From the human T2T-CHM13v2.0 reference genome, Homo sapiens: 64,000 nucleotides of DNA. The stretch lies in the NCBI GenBank assembly GCA_009914755.4, contig CP068257.2:11360001-11424000 (forward strand). Direction: 5' to 3'. The position numbers and the translations under genes are program-made. The notes under the pieces were generated by a model. It was not told the DNA's origin. It was given only the letters and a program-made list of their open reading frames with translations, and ran no database searches. Of this stretch, positions 60,650-64,000 are shown one piece after another. Each line of letters opens with the position of its first letter. Positions within the stretch are counted from its first letter, which is position 1.

Positions 60650-62260
60650 CAGGGAATTGGGACTATGTCTTTATGATAGATATGGTTAGGCTTTGTGTAC
60701 CCCCATCTCATCTTGAATTGTAATCCCCAGGTGTTAAGGGAGACACCTGGTGGGAAGTGATTGGATCATGGCGGGTGGTTTCCCCCATGCTGTTCTTGTG
60801 ATACTGAGTAAATTCTCATGAATTCTGATGGTTTTATAAATGGTAGTTTTTTCTGCACACACACACATGTTTTTTCTCCTGCTGTCATGTAAGAAGGTCC
60901 AGTTTGCTTCTCCTTTGCCTTTTGCCATGATTATAAGTTTCCTGAGGCCTCCCCAGCTATGAGTAACTGTGAGTCAATTTAACCTTTTTGCTTTATAAAT
61001 TACCCAGTCTTGGGAAGATTTTTATTGCAGTGTGAGAATGGACTAATACAGTAAATTCATACTGGTAGAGTTGGGTACTGCTATAAAGATACCCAGCAAT
61101 GTAAAAGCGACTTTGGGTCTGGAGATGGAGATGAGAAACCTATTGGGAACTAGAGCAAAGGTCACTCTTGCTATGCTTAAGCAGAGACTGGCAGCATTTT
61201 CCCCCTGCCTAAAGAGCTGTGGAACTTTGAATTTAGATGATCTGAAATTGAAACTTATATTTAAAAACGAAGCAGAGCATAAAAGTTTGGAAAAATATGC
61301 AGCCTGATAATGCTATAGAAAAGATAAACCCATTATTTGGGGAAAAATTCAAGCCAGCTGCAAAAATTTGCATAAGCGACAGGAAGCCTAATGTTAATCA
61401 CCAAGACAATAGGGAAAATGTCTCCAGGGCATGTCAGAGACCTTCACAGAAGCCTTTCCCATCACAGACCAGGAGGCCTAAGAGGAAAAAATGGCTTTGT
61501 GTGTGGGGTCCAGGCCTTGCTGCTTTGTGCAGCCTTGGTACTTGGTGCCCTGTGTCCCAGCCACTACATCTGTGGCTAAAAGGGGCCAAGGTACAGTTCA
61601 GACCATTGCTTCTGTAGGTACAAGCCCCAAGCTTTGTTGGCTTCCATGTGGCATTGAGCCTGTGAGTGCACAGAAGTCAAGAATTGGGGTTTGGTAACCT
61701 CCACCTAGATTTCAGAAGATGTAAGGAAAAGCCTGGATATACAGGCAGAAGTTTGCTGCAGGGGTGGAGCCCTCATGGAGAACCTCTGTTAGGGCAGTGC
61801 AGAAAAGAAATGTGAGGTCAGAGCTTTCACACACAGTACCCAATGGGGCACTGCCTAGTGGAGCTGTGAGAAGAGAGCCACTGTTCTCCAGATCCCAGAA
61901 TGGTAGATTAACCAACAGCTTGCACTGTACATCTGGAGAAGCTGCAGACATTCAATGCCAGCCCATTAAAGCAGCTTGGAATGGGGCTGTACCCTGCAAA
62001 GGCACAGGGGCAGAACTGCCCAAGACCATGGGAGCCTACTTCTTGCACCAGTGTGACCTGAATGTGAGACACAGGGTCAAAGGAGATTATTTTGGAGCTT
62101 TAAAATTCAATGACTACCCTGCTGGATTCTGGACTTGCATGGGGCCTTTAGCCCTTTTGTTTTGTCCAGTTCTCCTATTTGGAATAGGAGCATCCTCATC
62201 CAATGCCTGTACCCTCATTGTATCTTAGAAGTAATTAACTTGCTTATGATTTTATAGGCC
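60650..62260 (+). mobile_element. High-copy primate dispersed repeat, family not named
   Basis: Shares long stretches with a repeat I recognise (..catctcatcttgaattgtaatcccc..gttaagggag.cacc.ggtgggaagtgattggatcatgg..ttataagtttcctgaggcctccccagc.atg..) but cannot confidently assign. Confidence 0.4.
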
Positions 62261-63496
62261 ATGCTAATCAGCATTCAGTTCCAGATTCCAATTTATTCTC
62301 AGTGTGCCTGTATAAATTTTCTTTCCATATATATAGAATTAAATTTCTATTACTTATTTGAATGTTATAGAATACTGTTCATATATTTAAAATAAAACCA
62401 CCAGGTATAATGATTTCTGGCTTAGTATAAAAAATATTTTACCCAGTTAGTGTTATTTACACAGGTGGATGTGGCTCCACAACATTTAGACAAGAAGAAT
62501 AAATTCAGCTGTCGTATGTTGCCGTGACTCAGCCTCTGAAGAAATTATGAAAAAATCCAAATTTCAGCAAAATTATATAGTTGTTTTCAGTACCTCTGAG
62601 GGTGGTATATCAAGAATTCTCGTGCTACTGTTTGAGAAAACAGATTCCGTTGTTACCTAGAAAATCAACTGCATGGCATTTTTATAACCTTACCCCATGT
62701 AAAAAACATATATTGAAATGTACTAATAAATGCAGACTACATTACTTGAAAAATGGTAATACAGAATGCCACTTTTAATAGTTGAGGATATGAATTTTTG
62801 GTAGAAATAATGTAAAATAAAGCTTCTGGTAAGCCTTGGGTAGTTAGATTTACATCAGTGTAAAGTAGGATGAAAATCTGTAAAAAATAAAAACAAAGAA
62901 ACAAAAACCTACACCAACAAAACCCTAACATCCACCAATGCATACATATTGATCTTTGTGCTGGGAAAATCTAAAGCAGAACATTTTGGTTAACTTGATA
63001 GTTATTTATTTTGACTATATTGGCATGTTGCTAAAACTGCTTATATTTAATTTGAGTGAAACATGTCCACATTATTAAAAGGGTTGTTTTTTACTATGAA
63101 TGATGGATGTAAAGTCTTGATCCTCACCCAGATAAATATGGCAACACTTTCTTCTGCTTCTTTCGAACTGAGACATTATGAAAGCTCAAATTTGAAGTGA
63201 GAGGGACTTAACATCAGAGCCTGAAAAACCAAGAGGAATGAGGTAGGATGGTCAGCTCTGAAGCTCAGGGTGGCCTAGGGAAACTCAATATAATGATGTC
63301 AACTATGAAGCTTACTAGGTAAAACTACAAATAGGCTGATCTCATTTCACAGAGGTAAGCCCACACTCCCCTTTCCAAAAAAGTAAAAAACAAAACAAGC
63401 AAATAAAACTAAAAATACAAACTTGAAAACACCATGGCTTAAATTTGGTGGGAAGAAGCCTGTGGGACAAAAAATAGTGGTGCCAAAAGAATTGAG

Positions 63497-63797
<301 letters not shown>

Positions 63798-64000
63798 AAT
63801 TGAGCCAGAATAAAATGTATTTAAGGGTTATTAATGGGAATGTTTCTAGCACATAAGTATTTGTTCCACTTCTTATTATATTATATTAGTAATATCCTTT
63901 CATGTAATATCAGCTTCTCCAAGATAGGGATGTCAAAGACAAACTAAGACAAGTGCCTAATATGTCATAGGCATTTTGTTATCAAATTTAACAAACTTGT

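Overview
This window is human (primate) genomic DNA, not a prokaryotic locus. It is dense with Alu SINEs (~35 copies or fragments, several with clear target-site duplications), L1 fragments of several ages, a solo HERV-K LTR5-type LTR, and one ~8.7-kb class-I (gamma-like) endogenous retrovirus.

The main content is a plus-strand gene of the ANKRD36/ANKRD30B ankyrin-repeat family. It has a CpG-island promoter at ~21.1-22.95 kb, the family-typical N-terminal exon (MERLCAAAVKGQTGPERPSPFSQLVYTNNDSYVIHHGDLRKIHKAASR..), and ankyrin-repeat exons at 26.8, 27.1, 29.5, 30.5 and 33.3 kb. A large repeat-containing exon is split by the ERV at 36.2-44.9 kb, and coiled-coil exons follow at 49.5-50.05 and 51.2-51.4 kb.

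This copy looks disabled. Exon 1 has a 1-bp deletion, exon 4 a 1-bp insertion, and there are in-frame TAA/TGA/TAG stops. A full provirus sits inside a coding exon, an Alu sits inside another coding exon, and the exon at 51.2 kb carries two frameshifts. I therefore interpret it as an unprocessed pseudogene or degenerate paralog of the family. The exact paralog cannot be named from sequence alone.

Other structures worth a second look:
- GC-rich ~304-bp tandem repeats plus a 3x21-bp TAACGG-containing array just upstream of the start codon, with an inverted partial copy 1.4 kb further upstream.
- A ~146-bp-armed inverted repeat at 9.25-10.03 kb.
- A palindromic AT-rich minisatellite at 33.9-34.15 kb inside a local duplication.
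- Two or three L1 inversion junctions that carry palindromes.

I see no evidence of a novel 'system' beyond these mobile-element and pseudogene features. All coordinates are hand-derived and should be taken as +/-10 bp.
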